The translations under genes were made by a program, and so were the position numbers. The notes under the pieces are model-generated. The model had not been told where the DNA came from and did not search any database. It saw only the letters and a list, made by a program, of their open reading frames with translations. A DNA stretch of 64,000 nucleotides from Myxococcota bacterium (lineage in GTDB: Bacteria; Myxococcota_A; SURF-8), in NCBI GenBank assembly GCA_965140415.1, contig OZ223209.1:4192001-4256000 (forward strand). The letters are read 5' to 3'. Numbering within the stretch: position 1 is the stretch's first letter; every line of letters starts with the position of its first letter. Of the stretch, positions 36,718-47,897 are shown piece by piece.

Positions 36718-38136
36718 TTATTTATCCAACCGATTTTCCGGTTTGGACAGAATCGTCGCGGTTACATGACTACCAACGCCAGCGTGACTGATCGCCAGCG
36801 CCCGCTTGGCTCCCTTGACCTGTAGATCCTGCCAATCTCCCGGCTTTTCTTTACCATATCGCGCCCATCGGGCTTCATCACCATGAATTTCCGCCCAGCG
36901 GTTATGAATATGGTACATGAGTTCATTGACCTGCATGATACCGGTTGCACCCACAGAATGCATACAACCCAACAGACCGCCGCTAAGGTTGGCAGGTAGC
37001 TTTCCAGGCTGGCCGGTTTTCGGATTGGTGTGGTAGCAGTCGCCGCTTTCAACGTATTTGCGTCCCTGGCCATAGGGGCGAATACCGATATCTTCATAGG
37101 TCTGAATGTCGCTGATGGTGAAAGCGTCGTGCAGTTCCACCAGATCCAGATCCTCGTTGGGATCTTTGATACCCGCCATGCGATAACCGTAATACGCTGC
37201 CATGCGAGCAGCCAAAAAGCCCGTAAATCCGGGGTAACGCTCTCCGCCTGGGAATTCTTTTTCCAGGTTTGCGTATTGATCCGCACTTTCGTTGGGTAAC
37301 AGTGGAATCTCCATGGCCCGCCGATCCGCCGGTCTCAAAGTATGGGAACCTGCGGCGACGTAGATCAATAGAGGATTGTCGGTCAGTTTGTACGCGGTCT
37401 CTTTGTCGCAGAGAATCGAACAGGCCGCACCGACACTCATCAGGCAGGCATCCAAGGCGCGCAAGGGATAAGCGACGACCGGCGAATTCAGAACATCCTC
37501 CACCGTGATGCGCATGGGAGCCTGGGCGAAGGGATTATGTACCGCATAACCATGATTCTTTACGGAAATCTCCGCCATGGTCCTGCGGAAACTGTCTTCC
37601 TCTTTACCAAACACCTGCCAGTATTTCTGCGCCATAACCGCATAATAACCGGTGTAAATGTGCCCCAGCGGAGTTTCCCAGTCCTTGTCCGCTGCGCAGG
37701 AAATGTAGTTATTGCCTTCATCGGTGGGAACCTCGTCCATTCGCTCCCAACCCATCGCCAGCACGCAGTCGGAATAACCGCTGGCAACGGCTTTAGCCGC
37801 TTCCCATAACGTCGAACCGCCCGTTGCACCACCGGTCTTGACGCCAACGTTACCCAACGGATCCAGACCCAAACGGTCATGAATTACCGACTCACCCAGC
37901 AATTGATCGCCGAAGTGATCCGCGAAATGCCCGTAGTAGCAGGAATGAATGTACTTCTTCAGGTTCTGTGCACTCATGTTGATGTATGAGGCGGCTTCCT
38001 GTAACGCCTCGATGCACAGTTCCTCCGTTTTACGCTCCGGGAAAGCACGACGGAATTCGCTCATCCCGCCGGTCACCATGTATACGTCCCGGGAAAATTT
38101 AGGTGTCTTTAACTGTTGCTCACTGAAAGTAATCAT
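36718..38136 (-). CDS. SCP2-type thiolase-fold protein lacking the N-terminal nucleophilic Cys
   Basis: VKTGGATGG at the usual CxSG position; KNH..A..NP.A; ELHDAF; NLSGGLLGCMHSVGATG. Confidence 0.85.
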   Translation of the reverse strand: MITFSEQQLKTPKFSRDVYMVTGGMSEFRRAFPERKTEELCIEALQEAASYINMSAQNLKKYIHSCYYGHFADHFGDQLLGESVIHDRLGLDPLGNVGVKTGGATGGSTLWEAAKAVASGYSDCVLAMGWERMDEVPTDEGNNYISCAADKDWETPLGHIYTGYYAVMAQKYWQVFGKEEDSFRRTMAEISVKNHGYAVHNPFAQAPMRITVEDVLNSPVVAYPLRALDACLMSVGAACSILCDKETAYKLTDNPLLIYVAAGSHTLRPADRRAMEIPLLPNESADQYANLEKEFPGGERYPGFTGFLAARMAAYYGYRMAGIKDPNEDLDLVELHDAFTISDIQTYEDIGIRPYGQGRKYVESGDCYHTNPKTGQPGKLPANLSGGLLGCMHSVGATGIMQVNELMYHIHNRWAEIHGDEARWARYGKEKPGDWQDLQVKGAKRALAISHAGVGSHVTATILSKPENRLDK

Positions 38137-38235
38137 GTGTCAGTCCCCTCCTATTTCAGGTTTGTGACGATTGGGCCAATCCCAAGTATCCATCCTCTGG
38201 TTGATTGAAAATGCTTTTTCACGACAAGCAATCGC

Positions 38236-39393
38236 TCAGGCAAACTGCGAAAGCACATCGCGGGCGATCACGATGCGCTGTACTTCGCTGGTACCTTCGC
38301 CGATTTCCAATAATTTCTGATCCCGATAGAAACGTTCCGCCGGATATTCCTCCATCAGACCGTAACCGCCGTGCAACTGCACGCAGTGGTTCGCACATTC
38401 ATGTGCCACTTCCGAGCAGTACAGTTTGGCCATGGCGGAGACGGAACCAAGTGGTTTGTGGTTGTCTTTTAGCCAGCAGGCCTTGTAAAGCAGGTTGCGA
38501 GCCGCTTCGATGTGCATTGCCATATCTGCAAGCTTGAACTGGCTGATCTGGAACGTGGCGATAGAGCGTCCGAACTGTTTGCGCTCGACCGCATACCGCG
38601 CCGCCACTTCATAGGCGCCCTGAGCCAGTCCCAAGCCCATCGCTCCGATGCTCAACCGTCCTAAATCCAGGGTAGACAGCATCTGGTGGAAGCCGTCACC
38701 GCGTTTTCCAAGCAGATTTTCTTCCGGTACACGGACATCTTCGAAGAACAATTCCCCGGTATTGCTGGCGCGCCACATCATTTTCTTGTGCATTTCCTTG
38801 GCGGTATAACCGGGTGTGCCGTTTTCGACGAGAATGCAGCTGTATTCTTTGCGACCATCATCCCGTTTTCCGGTGATACACTGCACGGTCGATCCCCAAC
38901 TCATGGGGCAACTGGAATTGGTGATAAAGATCTTCGATCCGTTGATGATCCACTGGCCATTTTCCAGCAGCGCCTTGGTGCGACTGCCACCGGCGTCGCT
39001 GCCTGCATCCGGCTCGGTCAGGCCAAAGCCCCACAGCCGTTTACCGGTGCACAATTCGGGCAGATACTTTTTCTTTTGCTCTTCGCTACCGAAATAGTAA
39101 AGCGGGCCGATGCCTAACGAGTTTCCCGCTGCAACGGTGGCGGCCTGTGAGCCATCAATCCGCGCGATCTCCTCCACGGCGATGATGTAGCTCAGATAGT
39201 CCATGCCCTGTCCGCCATAGTCGGGATCGACTACGCAGCCGAACATGCCCATGTCCCCCATCTTGCGGGTCAGCTCTACGGAAAAAGTTTCGTTGCGGGA
39301 GAGTTCCTCTGCTACCGGTTTGATTTCCTTCTCGGCGAAATCGCGCACGGACTTGCGTAGAATCTCCTGTTCAGATGAGAAATTGAAATCCAT
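38236..39393 (-). CDS. Acyl-CoA dehydrogenase
   Basis: FGLTEPDAGSD, NGSKIFITN, RKQFG, QLHGGYG, EIGEGTSE motifs. Confidence 0.95.
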   Translation of the reverse strand: MDFNFSSEQEILRKSVRDFAEKEIKPVAEELSRNETFSVELTRKMGDMGMFGCVVDPDYGGQGMDYLSYIIAVEEIARIDGSQAATVAAGNSLGIGPLYYFGSEEQKKKYLPELCTGKRLWGFGLTEPDAGSDAGGSRTKALLENGQWIINGSKIFITNSSCPMSWGSTVQCITGKRDDGRKEYSCILVENGTPGYTAKEMHKKMMWRASNTGELFFEDVRVPEENLLGKRGDGFHQMLSTLDLGRLSIGAMGLGLAQGAYEVAARYAVERKQFGRSIATFQISQFKLADMAMHIEAARNLLYKACWLKDNHKPLGSVSAMAKLYCSEVAHECANHCVQLHGGYGLMEEYPAERFYRDQKLLEIGEGTSEVQRIVIARDVLSQFA

Positions 39394-39615
39394 CGTCTTC
39401 CTCTCCGATACGGGTTTCGAAACACACGTGGGAAACGGCTACCCGGATCATAAAAGACCCTGCAATCCGTATCCCTGCTTCTCTAAGCCAGTTGCGTGTC
39501 TACTCGTGTCGAACGTGGAAAACGATGTTTTCAACCTGTGCGAGTGGGAATCTCAACAACACGCTTATAAGTTTCATTCGGTCAATACCGACCGATGATC
39601 TCATACAACGTCAGT

Positions 39616-40032
39616 CTATACGTTCTTGCTTTTCTCCCCTACCGTCTGGTGAATGAACTGGACGATGTCCGCCGTGTCCGTTCCCGGCGGAAATAGCGCT
39701 GCTACGCCCATTTCCTTCAATTTCGTAACATCCTGGTCGGGGATGATGCCTCCACCGAAAACGATAATGTCCTCGGCTTCCTTTTCCTTCAACAACTTCA
39801 TGATTTGCGGGAAAAGGTACATATGCGCGCCGCTCATAACGGACAACCCAACAAAATCCACATCTTCTTGAACTGCGGCGGCAACGATCATTTCCGGCGT
39901 CTGGTGTAGCCCGGTATAGATCACCTCGAATCCCGCATCGCGCAATGCGCGTGCGACGATTTTAGCGCCCCGATCGTGACCGTCCAGACCCGGTTTTCCT
40001 ACCAATACACGTACTTTCGATGCACTTGCCAT
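39616..40032 (-). CDS. Acyl-CoA mutase small, cobalamin-binding subunit (IcmB-like)
   Basis: [13 protein letters not shown] (DxHxxG); SVMSGAH; GGGIIP. Confidence 0.93.
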   Translation of the reverse strand: MASASKVRVLVGKPGLDGHDRGAKIVARALRDAGFEVIYTGLHQTPEMIVAAAVQEDVDFVGLSVMSGAHMYLFPQIMKLLKEKEAEDIIVFGGGIIPDQDVTKLKEMGVAALFPPGTDTADIVQFIHQTVGEKSKNV

Positions 40033-40045
40033 CGGAATTTTCTCC

Positions 40046-41734
40046 TTAGATATAAGCCGGATCGCGGTATTCACCGAATACCGAACGGAACGCATCGCAG
40101 ATTTCCTGTAATGACACGTAATCGCGAACGGCGTTGATGATGTGCGGCATGGTGTTCTCGTCGGTGGCCGCGACTTGCTTCAGCTTTTCGATATGCCGCC
40201 GCACCGTTTCCGGATCGCGTCCCTGCTTGATCGATTGCAAAGCCGCCACCTGCGCACGCTCCGTCTCTTCCTCGATATACAACGTCGGAATGCCGGGGTC
40301 GTCATCCGTATTGTACTTGGTGACACCCACCACTTCCTTTTCGTGCTTTTCGAGCTGTCGCTGGTATTTGAAGGCGGCATCCGCGATTTCCTGCTGCGGA
40401 TAACCACGTTCGATGGCTGCGATGATGCCGCCCATGTCGTCGATCTTGCGGATGTATTCCAGCGCTTCCTGCTCGATCCTGTTGGTCATGGCTTCAACCT
40501 GGTAACTTCCGCCCAATGGATCGATGCTGTTGATCACGCCGGATTCTTCCGCGATGATCTGCTGGGTGCGCAAGGCAATTGTGACCGCCTCTTCGGTAGG
40601 CAGCGCCAGGGTTTCGTCTAGCGAATTGGTATGCAGTGACTGCGTTCCACCCAGTACCGCCGCCAGCGCCTGCAACGTGGTACGTACTACGTTGTTATAC
40701 GGCTGCTGCGCGGTCAGGCTACATCCGGCGGTCTGCGTGTGGAAACGGCACATCCAGCTACGCGGATTCTTCGCGCCGAAACGCTCGCGCATCACGCGCG
40801 CCCAGATTCTGCGCGCCGCACGGAACTTGGCGATCTCTTCGAAGAAATCGCTGTGAGAATTGAAGAAATACGACAGCCGCCCGGCGAAGGAATCCACATC
40901 CATTCCCGCATCGATGCAAGCCTGAACGTAACCGATGCCGTCCGCTAAAGTAAAGGCCAGCTCCTGCGCGGCGGTGCTGCCCGCTTCGCGGATGTGGTAA
41001 CCGGAAATCGAAATGGTGTTCCACAGCGGCACATTTTCGGTGCAGAAAGCGATCATGTCCGTGATCAGCCTTAACGAAGGTTTTGGCGGGAAGATCCAGG
41101 ATTTCTGGGCGATGTATTCTTTTAGAATATCGTTCTGGCTGGTTCCACCCAGTTTATTCCAGGCAATGCCCTGCTTCTCTGCAACGACTAGATACATCGA
41201 CAGCAGAATGGAAGCCGGCGGATTGATCGTCATCGAGGTCGTGATTCGATCCAACGGAATGCCGGAAAACAGAGTTTCCATATCCTGCAAGGTATCGATG
41301 GCTACACCACATTTACCGACTTCTCCCCGGCTGCGGTCGCTATCGGAATCGTAGCCCATCAAGGTGGGATAATGAAATGCCACCGACAAGCCGGTCTGTC
41401 CGTTTTTCAGCAGGTAATGATAGCGCTGGTTGGTGTCTTTTGCCGTACCGAATCCGGCGAACTGGCGCATCGTCCACAAACGCCCGCGATACATCGTCGG
41501 CTGAATGCCGCGCGTGAACGGATACTGACCCGGCATCCCCAGATCTTTTTCGTAATCCAGCTCACCCACATCTGCAGGCGAATACACACGCTGCATCTCC
41601 ACATCCGATAGCGTCGTGAACTTCTCCCGGCGTTCCGGATGCTTTTCCAGCACCTTTGCCAGTTCTTCAAGCGTCCAGCTTTCCTGCTTTGCAATGACAT
41701 CTTGCAAGGCTTTGGAATCGAATAGTTTACTCAT
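40046..41734 (-). CDS. B12-dependent acyl-CoA mutase large subunit, probably isobutyryl-CoA mutase (IcmA-like)
   Basis: [51 protein letters not shown] and Q at the specificity positions. Confidence 0.9.
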   Translation of the reverse strand: MSKLFDSKALQDVIAKQESWTLEELAKVLEKHPERREKFTTLSDVEMQRVYSPADVGELDYEKDLGMPGQYPFTRGIQPTMYRGRLWTMRQFAGFGTAKDTNQRYHYLLKNGQTGLSVAFHYPTLMGYDSDSDRSRGEVGKCGVAIDTLQDMETLFSGIPLDRITTSMTINPPASILLSMYLVVAEKQGIAWNKLGGTSQNDILKEYIAQKSWIFPPKPSLRLITDMIAFCTENVPLWNTISISGYHIREAGSTAAQELAFTLADGIGYVQACIDAGMDVDSFAGRLSYFFNSHSDFFEEIAKFRAARRIWARVMRERFGAKNPRSWMCRFHTQTAGCSLTAQQPYNNVVRTTLQALAAVLGGTQSLHTNSLDETLALPTEEAVTIALRTQQIIAEESGVINSIDPLGGSYQVEAMTNRIEQEALEYIRKIDDMGGIIAAIERGYPQQEIADAAFKYQRQLEKHEKEVVGVTKYNTDDDPGIPTLYIEEETERAQVAALQSIKQGRDPETVRRHIEKLKQVAATDENTMPHIINAVRDYVSLQEICDAFRSVFGEYRDPAYI

Positions 41735-41752
41735 GATGTTTTCCTCATGATT

Positions 41753-42898
41753 CTAATTCTCCAGCAGGTGGCGCGCGATCACGATGCGCTGCACTTCGCT
41801 AGTACCTTCATAAATGGTCGTTACTCGACAATCGCGGTACAGTCTTTCCACCACGTATTCTTTTACATATCCGTAGCCGCCGTGAATCTGTAGCGCTTCG
41901 GCGCAGGCTCGATTGGCTGCCTCGGTGGCGTAAACTTTCGCCATCGACGCTTCCTTGGTAAACGGCTGCCCCGTTTCCTTCAAGTACGCCGCCCGCATGA
42001 TCAGCAGTCGCGCCGCTTCCAACTCGGTGGCCATATCCGCCAGTTTCCACTGGATCGCCTGAAACCCCGCAATGGGCTTTCCGAATTGCTGCCGCTCAAG
42101 CGCATAATCCCGTGCCGCCTCCAGAGCAGCCAGACCGATCCCCAATGCCTGGCTAGCCACTCCGATGCGTCCACCATCCAGTGCCATCATGGCGATGCGG
42201 AAGCCGTGGTCTTCTTCCCCCAGCAAGTGATCCGCCGGAATGCGGCAATCCTCGAACACGACTTCAAGCGTCGAAGATCCGCGCAGACCCATCTTGTCTT
42301 CTTTTTTTCCCATAATAAGACCGGGCGCACCGGCGGGAACGACGAAGGCCGTCACGCCACCGGGCGAATTCTGGGTTCGGTTGGTGCGCGCCCAGGCCAC
42401 AAACACCCCGGCATGATCGGCACTGGTAATGAATTGCTTGACGCCGTTGATCACCCACTCATCGCCATCTTTTACGGCGGTGCTTTTCATGGCATTCGCA
42501 TCGCTGCCGGAAGCCGGTTCCGTTAAGGCAAAAGCCCCAGCAACCGCATCACCGGAGGTGATCTGCGGAATGTATGTTTCCTTCAGCGAATCGGACCCAA
42601 AAGCTTTAATGACTTCGGCCACCATATTGGTGACGGCCATTCCAACCGCCACCGAGGCGTCGCCCTTGGCCACTTCAGTTATCGCCAGCGAATAAGCCAC
42701 TACACCGACTTCGGAGCCCCCATAGCTTTCGGGAATATTCATACCCAGCATGCCCAGTTGCGCCATGGCGCGATACTCTTCTTCCGGATACGTGCCGGTT
42801 TCATCACGCCACTTGGCTTTGGGCGCCAGTTCGCCCCTCGCGTAATCGCGAACCGCGTCCTGTATCATCTGCTGTTGCTCGCTCAATTCAAAAAGCAT
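41753..42898 (-). CDS. Short/branched-chain acyl-CoA dehydrogenase
   Basis: AAGGAGG RBS before ATG 42898; FALTEPASGSD, KMGLRGS, LDGGRIG, IYEGTSE. Confidence 0.95.
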   Translation of the reverse strand: MLFELSEQQQMIQDAVRDYARGELAPKAKWRDETGTYPEEEYRAMAQLGMLGMNIPESYGGSEVGVVAYSLAITEVAKGDASVAVGMAVTNMVAEVIKAFGSDSLKETYIPQITSGDAVAGAFALTEPASGSDANAMKSTAVKDGDEWVINGVKQFITSADHAGVFVAWARTNRTQNSPGGVTAFVVPAGAPGLIMGKKEDKMGLRGSSTLEVVFEDCRIPADHLLGEEDHGFRIAMMALDGGRIGVASQALGIGLAALEAARDYALERQQFGKPIAGFQAIQWKLADMATELEAARLLIMRAAYLKETGQPFTKEASMAKVYATEAANRACAEALQIHGGYGYVKEYVVERLYRDCRVTTIYEGTSEVQRIVIARHLLEN

Positions 42899-42945
42899 TA
42901 CGCCTCCTTTCGGGTCCGTACAGTGACCGATCGTGACGACGCTAG

Positions 42946-44118
42946 TTATGCTTTGTAGAGCGGGCTTTCCTGCAACACGGAATTGGCGATGACCATGCGC
43001 TGCACTTCGCTGGTGCCTTCGTAGATTTCGGTTATCTTGGCATCGCGGAAATGACGCTCGACCGGATAGTCCTTGGTGTAGCCGTAGCCACCGAATACCT
43101 GGATCGCCTTGGTGGTGACCCACATGGCGGTTTCAGCTGCAAACAGCTTGCCCATGGCCGAGGCTTTGGAAATGCGCTTGCCGGTCTTTTCCGAAATATC
43201 TTTTTCACAGGCGGCGCGATACACCAGCAGGCGGCTGGCTTCGATGCGGGTGGCCATGTCGGCCAACATCCATTGGATCGCCTGGAAAGAGCCGATCGAC
43301 TTGCCGAACTGCTGGCGCTCCAGGCTGTAGTCGCGGGCGGCTTCGAAAGCGGCCTGTGCAATACCCAACGCCTGGGAGGCGATGCCGATGCGGCCACAAT
43401 CAAGCGTATGCATGGCGACCTTGAATCCCTTGCCTTCTTCGCCCAGCAGGTGATTGGCCGGAACGCGCACGTCTTCAAATACCAGTTCGGTGGTGGAAGA
43501 ACCGCAGATGCCCAGCTTATCCTCGACTTTGCCGACACTGAAACCGGGAGCGTCACAGGGAACGACAAACGCCGTGATCCCGCCGTGCTTGGCTTCTTTG
43601 CTGGTGCGGAAGAAACAGACCGTCGCATCCGCTTCGCGGCCATTGGTGATAAAGTTCTTGGTGCCGTTGAGAATATAGTGATCGCCATCCTGAATGGCAG
43701 TGGCGCGCGTGCCACCGGCGTCGGTGCCGGCGTTGGATTCGGTCAGACCGAAGCAACCCAGCTTCTGTCCGCTGGCAAACGGCTTCAGGTATTTTTCCCG
43801 GATTTCATCGGAGCCGAAATGATGCACCGGGTCGCAGTATAGCGAATTATTCACAGACATAATCACGCCGGTGCTGGCGCAGCCGCGCGAGATTTCCTCG
43901 ATGGCGATGGCATAGGCCAGGTGATCCATTCCGGCACCACCCCATTTATCGGGAATGGCTACGCCCAACAGACCCAACTCGCCCAGTTCTTTCACGATTT
44001 CGGTTGGAAACATATGTTCGCGGTCGATCTTTTCAGCCATCGGCTTCAGTTTGTCTTCCGCAAAACGATGGGTCATGTCCCGTATCATTTGTTGTTCTTC
44101 GGTCAACTCGAACTTCAT
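42946..44118 (-). CDS. Butyryl-CoA dehydrogenase-like acyl-CoA dehydrogenase
   Basis: FGLTESNAGTDA, NGTKNFITN, QVFGGYGYTKDYPVERHFRDAKITEIYEGTSE. Confidence 0.93.
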   Translation of the reverse strand: MKFELTEEQQMIRDMTHRFAEDKLKPMAEKIDREHMFPTEIVKELGELGLLGVAIPDKWGGAGMDHLAYAIAIEEISRGCASTGVIMSVNNSLYCDPVHHFGSDEIREKYLKPFASGQKLGCFGLTESNAGTDAGGTRATAIQDGDHYILNGTKNFITNGREADATVCFFRTSKEAKHGGITAFVVPCDAPGFSVGKVEDKLGICGSSTTELVFEDVRVPANHLLGEEGKGFKVAMHTLDCGRIGIASQALGIAQAAFEAARDYSLERQQFGKSIGSFQAIQWMLADMATRIEASRLLVYRAACEKDISEKTGKRISKASAMGKLFAAETAMWVTTKAIQVFGGYGYTKDYPVERHFRDAKITEIYEGTSEVQRMVIANSVLQESPLYKA

Positions 44119-44251
44119 TGCTCTTCCCTTTCGAGTCCATGCGATGCTCTGGTAAACGTCGCGTTTTTATACTCAGGTTGGTTGGTTACTCACGTTTTCA
44201 AAAAACGGGATTGCAGGTGCTCAGGTTCCCGCAATCTGGAATAACAAATCT

Positions 44252-44288
44252 AAAAAAGCTGCCGAGCCTGCAAAGGCAGGCTCGCAGC
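44252..44288 (-). terminator. Rho-independent terminator after crotonase
   Basis: gctgccgagcctgc-aaag-gcaggctcgcagc hairpin with T6 tract on the minus strand. Confidence 0.75.
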
Positions 44289-44306
44289 GGTAAAACGAAA
44301 GGAAAC

Positions 44307-45128
44307 TTATTTCCCTTTAAAGTCCGCCGGGCGTTTTTCCACGAAAGCCGTGGTCCCTTCCAGGCGATCTTCGGTTGCAAAACTTCCCAGGAACTGATCG
44401 AATTCGATCTTGTTACCTTCGTCCAGATCCTTGTTGTAGCCATCGTTGATGGCTTTCTTGCTGGCAGCGACGGCGATCGGCGCACATGCGATGATGCGCT
44501 TGGCCAGTCCCAGCACCTTGTCCATCAGTTCTTCATGCGGGAAGACATAGCTGACCATCCCAAGTTGCAGGGCGCGCTCGGCGTCGATGATGTCGCCGGT
44601 GTAAATCAGTTCCTTGGCTAGGTTGCGACCAATCAGGCGCGGCAGGCGCTGCGTGCCGCCAAAACCCGGAATCAGGCCCAGTTTGACTTCCGGCTGACCG
44701 AACTTGGCGCGCTCGGAAGCGTAAATGATGTCGCAACTGATGGCCAACTCGGTACCGCCACCCAGTGCGAAACCATCCACCGCAGCGATGACCGGAATCG
44801 GTAGATCTTCCAGCATCTTCATAACTTCCTGGCCCAATCCGGCGAACGCTCCCGGCACGTCTTTGTCTTCCACGGGAATCGTGCTCATCATTTTGATGTC
44901 CGCACCTGCAACAAACGCCGCAGGCATCGGCTTTTTACCTTCTTTGGGTTCATCTTTTGCACCGGTGATGATCAGCACGCGCATGCTCTTGTCGGCATAC
45001 ACCTTGCCCAGCGCATCTTTCATCTCCGTCAGCACCGCCTGATTCAGCGCATTGAGCGCGTAGGGACGGTTCACTTTCAGAATCGCGATCTGGTCATTCA
45101 TTTCGAACAGTATGTTTTCGTAATTCAC
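44307..45128 (-). CDS. crt: Enoyl-CoA hydratase (crotonase)
   Basis: AGGAGG RBS before GTG 45128; AFVAGADI, ALGGGTELA, GQPEVKLGLIPGFGGTQRLPR. Confidence 0.9.
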   Translation of the reverse strand: MNYENILFEMNDQIAILKVNRPYALNALNQAVLTEMKDALGKVYADKSMRVLIITGAKDEPKEGKKPMPAAFVAGADIKMMSTIPVEDKDVPGAFAGLGQEVMKMLEDLPIPVIAAVDGFALGGGTELAISCDIIYASERAKFGQPEVKLGLIPGFGGTQRLPRLIGRNLAKELIYTGDIIDAERALQLGMVSYVFPHEELMDKVLGLAKRIIACAPIAVAASKKAINDGYNKDLDEGNKIEFDQFLGSFATEDRLEGTTAFVEKRPADFKGK

Positions 45129-45175
45129 CACAACCTCCTTTGGCGGCTCGCCCCTCTCGGCGGCCACATCTGCAA

Positions 45176-46024
45176 CTATTCGTATTTGTACACACCCTGT
45201 CCGGTCTTACGGCCTAACAGGCCCGCATCCACATATTTCCTAAGCAACGGGCAAGGACGATATTTCGAATCGCCCAATCCGTCATGCAACACGTTCATGA
45301 TCGCCAGGCAGGTATCCAAACCGACCAGATCCGCCAGAGCCAGCGGCCCCATCGGCTGATTGGTTCCCAGCTTCATTCCGGTATCGATGGCTTCCGGCGT
45401 ACCGACGCCTTCCATCAAGGTATAGAACGCCTCGTTGATCATCGGCATCAGAATGCGATTGACGATGAAACCGGGATAGTCGTTGGCCTCGGCCACGGTT
45501 TTTCCCATTTTTTCGCTGGCATCCTTGGTCGCATCATACGTCGCCTGATCGGTGGTCAGCCCTCGGATGATTTCCACCAGTTTCATCACCGGCACGGGAT
45601 TCATGAAATGCATACCGATCATTTTTTCCGGGCGCTTGGTCGCGGCGGCAATCCAGGTGATGGAAATCGACGACGTATTGGTCGCCAGAATCGCCTCCGG
45701 CTTGCAGACGGCATCCAGCTTCTTGAAGATTTCGCGCTTGAGATCGGGGCGCTCCGTTGCGGCTTCCACCACCAAATCGGCGTTTTTGAAATCCTCGTAA
45801 TCCACGATACCCTTGATGCGGCCCATCACGTCCGCTTTACCCGCTTCGTCCAGTTTTCCTTTGCTCACCGCGCGGGTCAGCATCTTGTCGATGTATCCGA
45901 TGCCTCCCTCTACCAATTCCTTGCTGATGTCCAATAGTAGAACTTGGTATCCGGCCTGGGCGGCAACCTGAACGATGCCGCGCCCCATTTGCCCTGCGCC
46001 GATGACTCCGATGGTTTCGATCAT
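45176..46024 (-). CDS. hbd: 3-hydroxybutyryl-CoA dehydrogenase
   Basis: [50 protein letters not shown]. Confidence 0.95.
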   Translation of the reverse strand: MIETIGVIGAGQMGRGIVQVAAQAGYQVLLLDISKELVEGGIGYIDKMLTRAVSKGKLDEAGKADVMGRIKGIVDYEDFKNADLVVEAATERPDLKREIFKKLDAVCKPEAILATNTSSISITWIAAATKRPEKMIGMHFMNPVPVMKLVEIIRGLTTDQATYDATKDASEKMGKTVAEANDYPGFIVNRILMPMINEAFYTLMEGVGTPEAIDTGMKLGTNQPMGPLALADLVGLDTCLAIMNVLHDGLGDSKYRPCPLLRKYVDAGLLGRKTGQGVYKYE

Positions 46025-46040
46025 GATTTTTCTCCTGTGC

Positions 46041-47222
46041 CTATACAGACTCGACGATCATGGCGTTGGCTTCACCGCCACCGATGCACAACGTCACCAG
46101 ACCTCGTTTCGCACCTTTAAGCTTCATGGCGTACAATAGAGTTACAAGCAACCGGCAACCACTCGCACCGATCGGATGACCCAAGGCTACCGCGCCACCA
46201 TGAATATTGACTTTCTCTTCCGGAATGTCCATTTCGCGCATGGCGTACTTGGTCACAACGGCAAAGGCTTCGTTGATCTCGTATAGATCGATGTCACCCG
46301 CAGTCAGTTCCGCGCGTTTCAGAGCACGTTTAACGGCGCCCACCGGTGCGATGGTGAACCATTGCGGCTCTTCCGCATTCTCACCGTAAGACACAAAGCG
46401 CGCCAGCGGTGTCAACCCACGCTCTTTGGCGGCTTCCGCAGACATCACGACCACGGCGGCAGCGCCATCGTTGATCGAAGAAGCATTGGCTGCGGTGGTC
46501 ACACCATCTTTATTAAAGACCGGTCGCAGTTGCGGAATCTTGTCGAATTTCACTTTTGCCGGATTCTCATCGGTATCGACGACCGTTACGCCCTTTTTCG
46601 TTTCAATTTCCACCGGAACGATTTCTTCCTTTATTGCACCGCTTTCCTGCGCCGCCAGGGCTTTTTTAAACGAACCGGCAGCAAAGGTATCCAGTTCCTC
46701 GCGGGAAAAACCTTTTTCCTTCGCGCACAGATCGGCAAAGCCACCCATATGCGAGTTGTTGTAGGGATCCCACAAACCATCGTTGACCATCAGATCCAGG
46801 ATATCGCCTTTGGGCATGCTCATACGATATCCGCTGCGCGCCTTGGGCAGTGCGAAGGGGGCGTTGCTCATGCTCTCCATACCACCGGCCACGATGACAT
46901 CGGCATTGCCAACCTTGATCTCGTTGATCGCCAGTTGCACGGCCTTCAAGCCCGAACCGCACACCTTGTTGATCGTCAAGCAGGGAGTAGACACCGGGAG
47001 CCCCGCCCCTATTGCTGCCTGACGCGCAGGAGCTTGTCCCTGACCACCCATCAGCACATCACCCATGATCACCTGATCGACTTCTTCGCCTTTCAAACCG
47101 GCACGCTTGAGTGCTTCGCCGATTGCGATCGATCCCAGCTTCACAGCCTTGACCGGCGCGAGCGATCCCAAAAAGACTCCGACGGGGGTACGAACGGCAC
47201 TTACGATAACGACATCTTTCAT
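46041..47222 (-). CDS. Acetyl-CoA C-acetyltransferase (thiolase)
   Basis: [36 protein letters not shown]; all catalytic residues present. Confidence 0.95.
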   Translation of the reverse strand: MKDVVIVSAVRTPVGVFLGSLAPVKAVKLGSIAIGEALKRAGLKGEEVDQVIMGDVLMGGQGQAPARQAAIGAGLPVSTPCLTINKVCGSGLKAVQLAINEIKVGNADVIVAGGMESMSNAPFALPKARSGYRMSMPKGDILDLMVNDGLWDPYNNSHMGGFADLCAKEKGFSREELDTFAAGSFKKALAAQESGAIKEEIVPVEIETKKGVTVVDTDENPAKVKFDKIPQLRPVFNKDGVTTAANASSINDGAAAVVVMSAEAAKERGLTPLARFVSYGENAEEPQWFTIAPVGAVKRALKRAELTAGDIDLYEINEAFAVVTKYAMREMDIPEEKVNIHGGAVALGHPIGASGCRLLVTLLYAMKLKGAKRGLVTLCIGGGEANAMIVESV

Positions 47223-47232
47223 GGTTTTCTCC

Positions 47233-47646
47233 TTAGTCCTGATTATCGTGATTTTCCTGACTATCCAATTTTCTGGCAATCCGGTCTTTGTAAGACGAGA
47301 TTTCCTGTTTCAACTTGCTTAAATCATGAATATTGCGGTCGATCCGCTCTGAATGAGAGTCCAACAACTCCAGCAACCGCAACAACACTTTTCCATTGGA
47401 ACGGTGAATGCTGTATATTTTTCTCAATTCCGCCATTTCTGCCAGCGACAACCCCAGAAGTTTCAAGCGTTTGATGAATTTCAAACGTCGAACGTCCTCT
47501 TCAGCGTAGAAACGTCGGTTTCCTTTACGTTTGGGATGACCGATAAGACCGATTTCCTCGTAGTATCGAATAGTTCGCGTACTTGTCCCAACCCTCTCGG
47601 ATACATCTCCAATACTAAGGTGGATTTCATCATTAGTTACAGGCAT
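47233..47646 (-). CDS. MerR-family transcriptional regulator
   Basis: SIGDVSERVGTSTRTIRYYEEIGLI, R.GNRRFY, LGLSLAEM; heads the acyl-CoA operon (LiuR-like context). Confidence 0.9.
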   Translation of the reverse strand: MPVTNDEIHLSIGDVSERVGTSTRTIRYYEEIGLIGHPKRKGNRRFYAEEDVRRLKFIKRLKLLGLSLAEMAELRKIYSIHRSNGKVLLRLLELLDSHSERIDRNIHDLSKLKQEISSYKDRIARKLDSQENHDNQD

Positions 47647-47687
47647 TTACAAGAACCTCTGCCAGTGAACGTTAAGTGGTGAGAAGA

Positions 47688-47716
47688 ACGCTATCAAATG
47701 TCACTATAGCTGTCAA
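47688..47716 (-). promoter_or_regulatory. Putative sigma70 promoter of the merR-thl-hbd-crt operon
   Basis: Minus strand TTGACA-17 nt-TAGCGT. Confidence 0.6.
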
Positions 47717-47897
47717 GAGTTTTTGCATGTCCTAAATCGTTTTTTCATTTTCACCTTGTTTTTTGAACTCACATGAAAAGCAGCAAATCAGCAGTGGGTT
47801 TCCAGACAATCTCTATCGCTGCACTGGTTTGTTCAGTACATCACCCAGCTTTTCCCGCTTCGTTCCGCAAGCTTTCTTGATCCCTTGGGAAAAAGGT

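Noticed and set aside
41753-43123. 456-aa ACAD with a 75-aa N-terminal extension as given in the ORF track
   Set aside because: The extension overlaps the upstream ACAD; an AAGGAGG RBS supports ATG 42898. Similar over-long starts were trimmed for uppS, thiolase, tnaA, the mutase small subunit and the protease.
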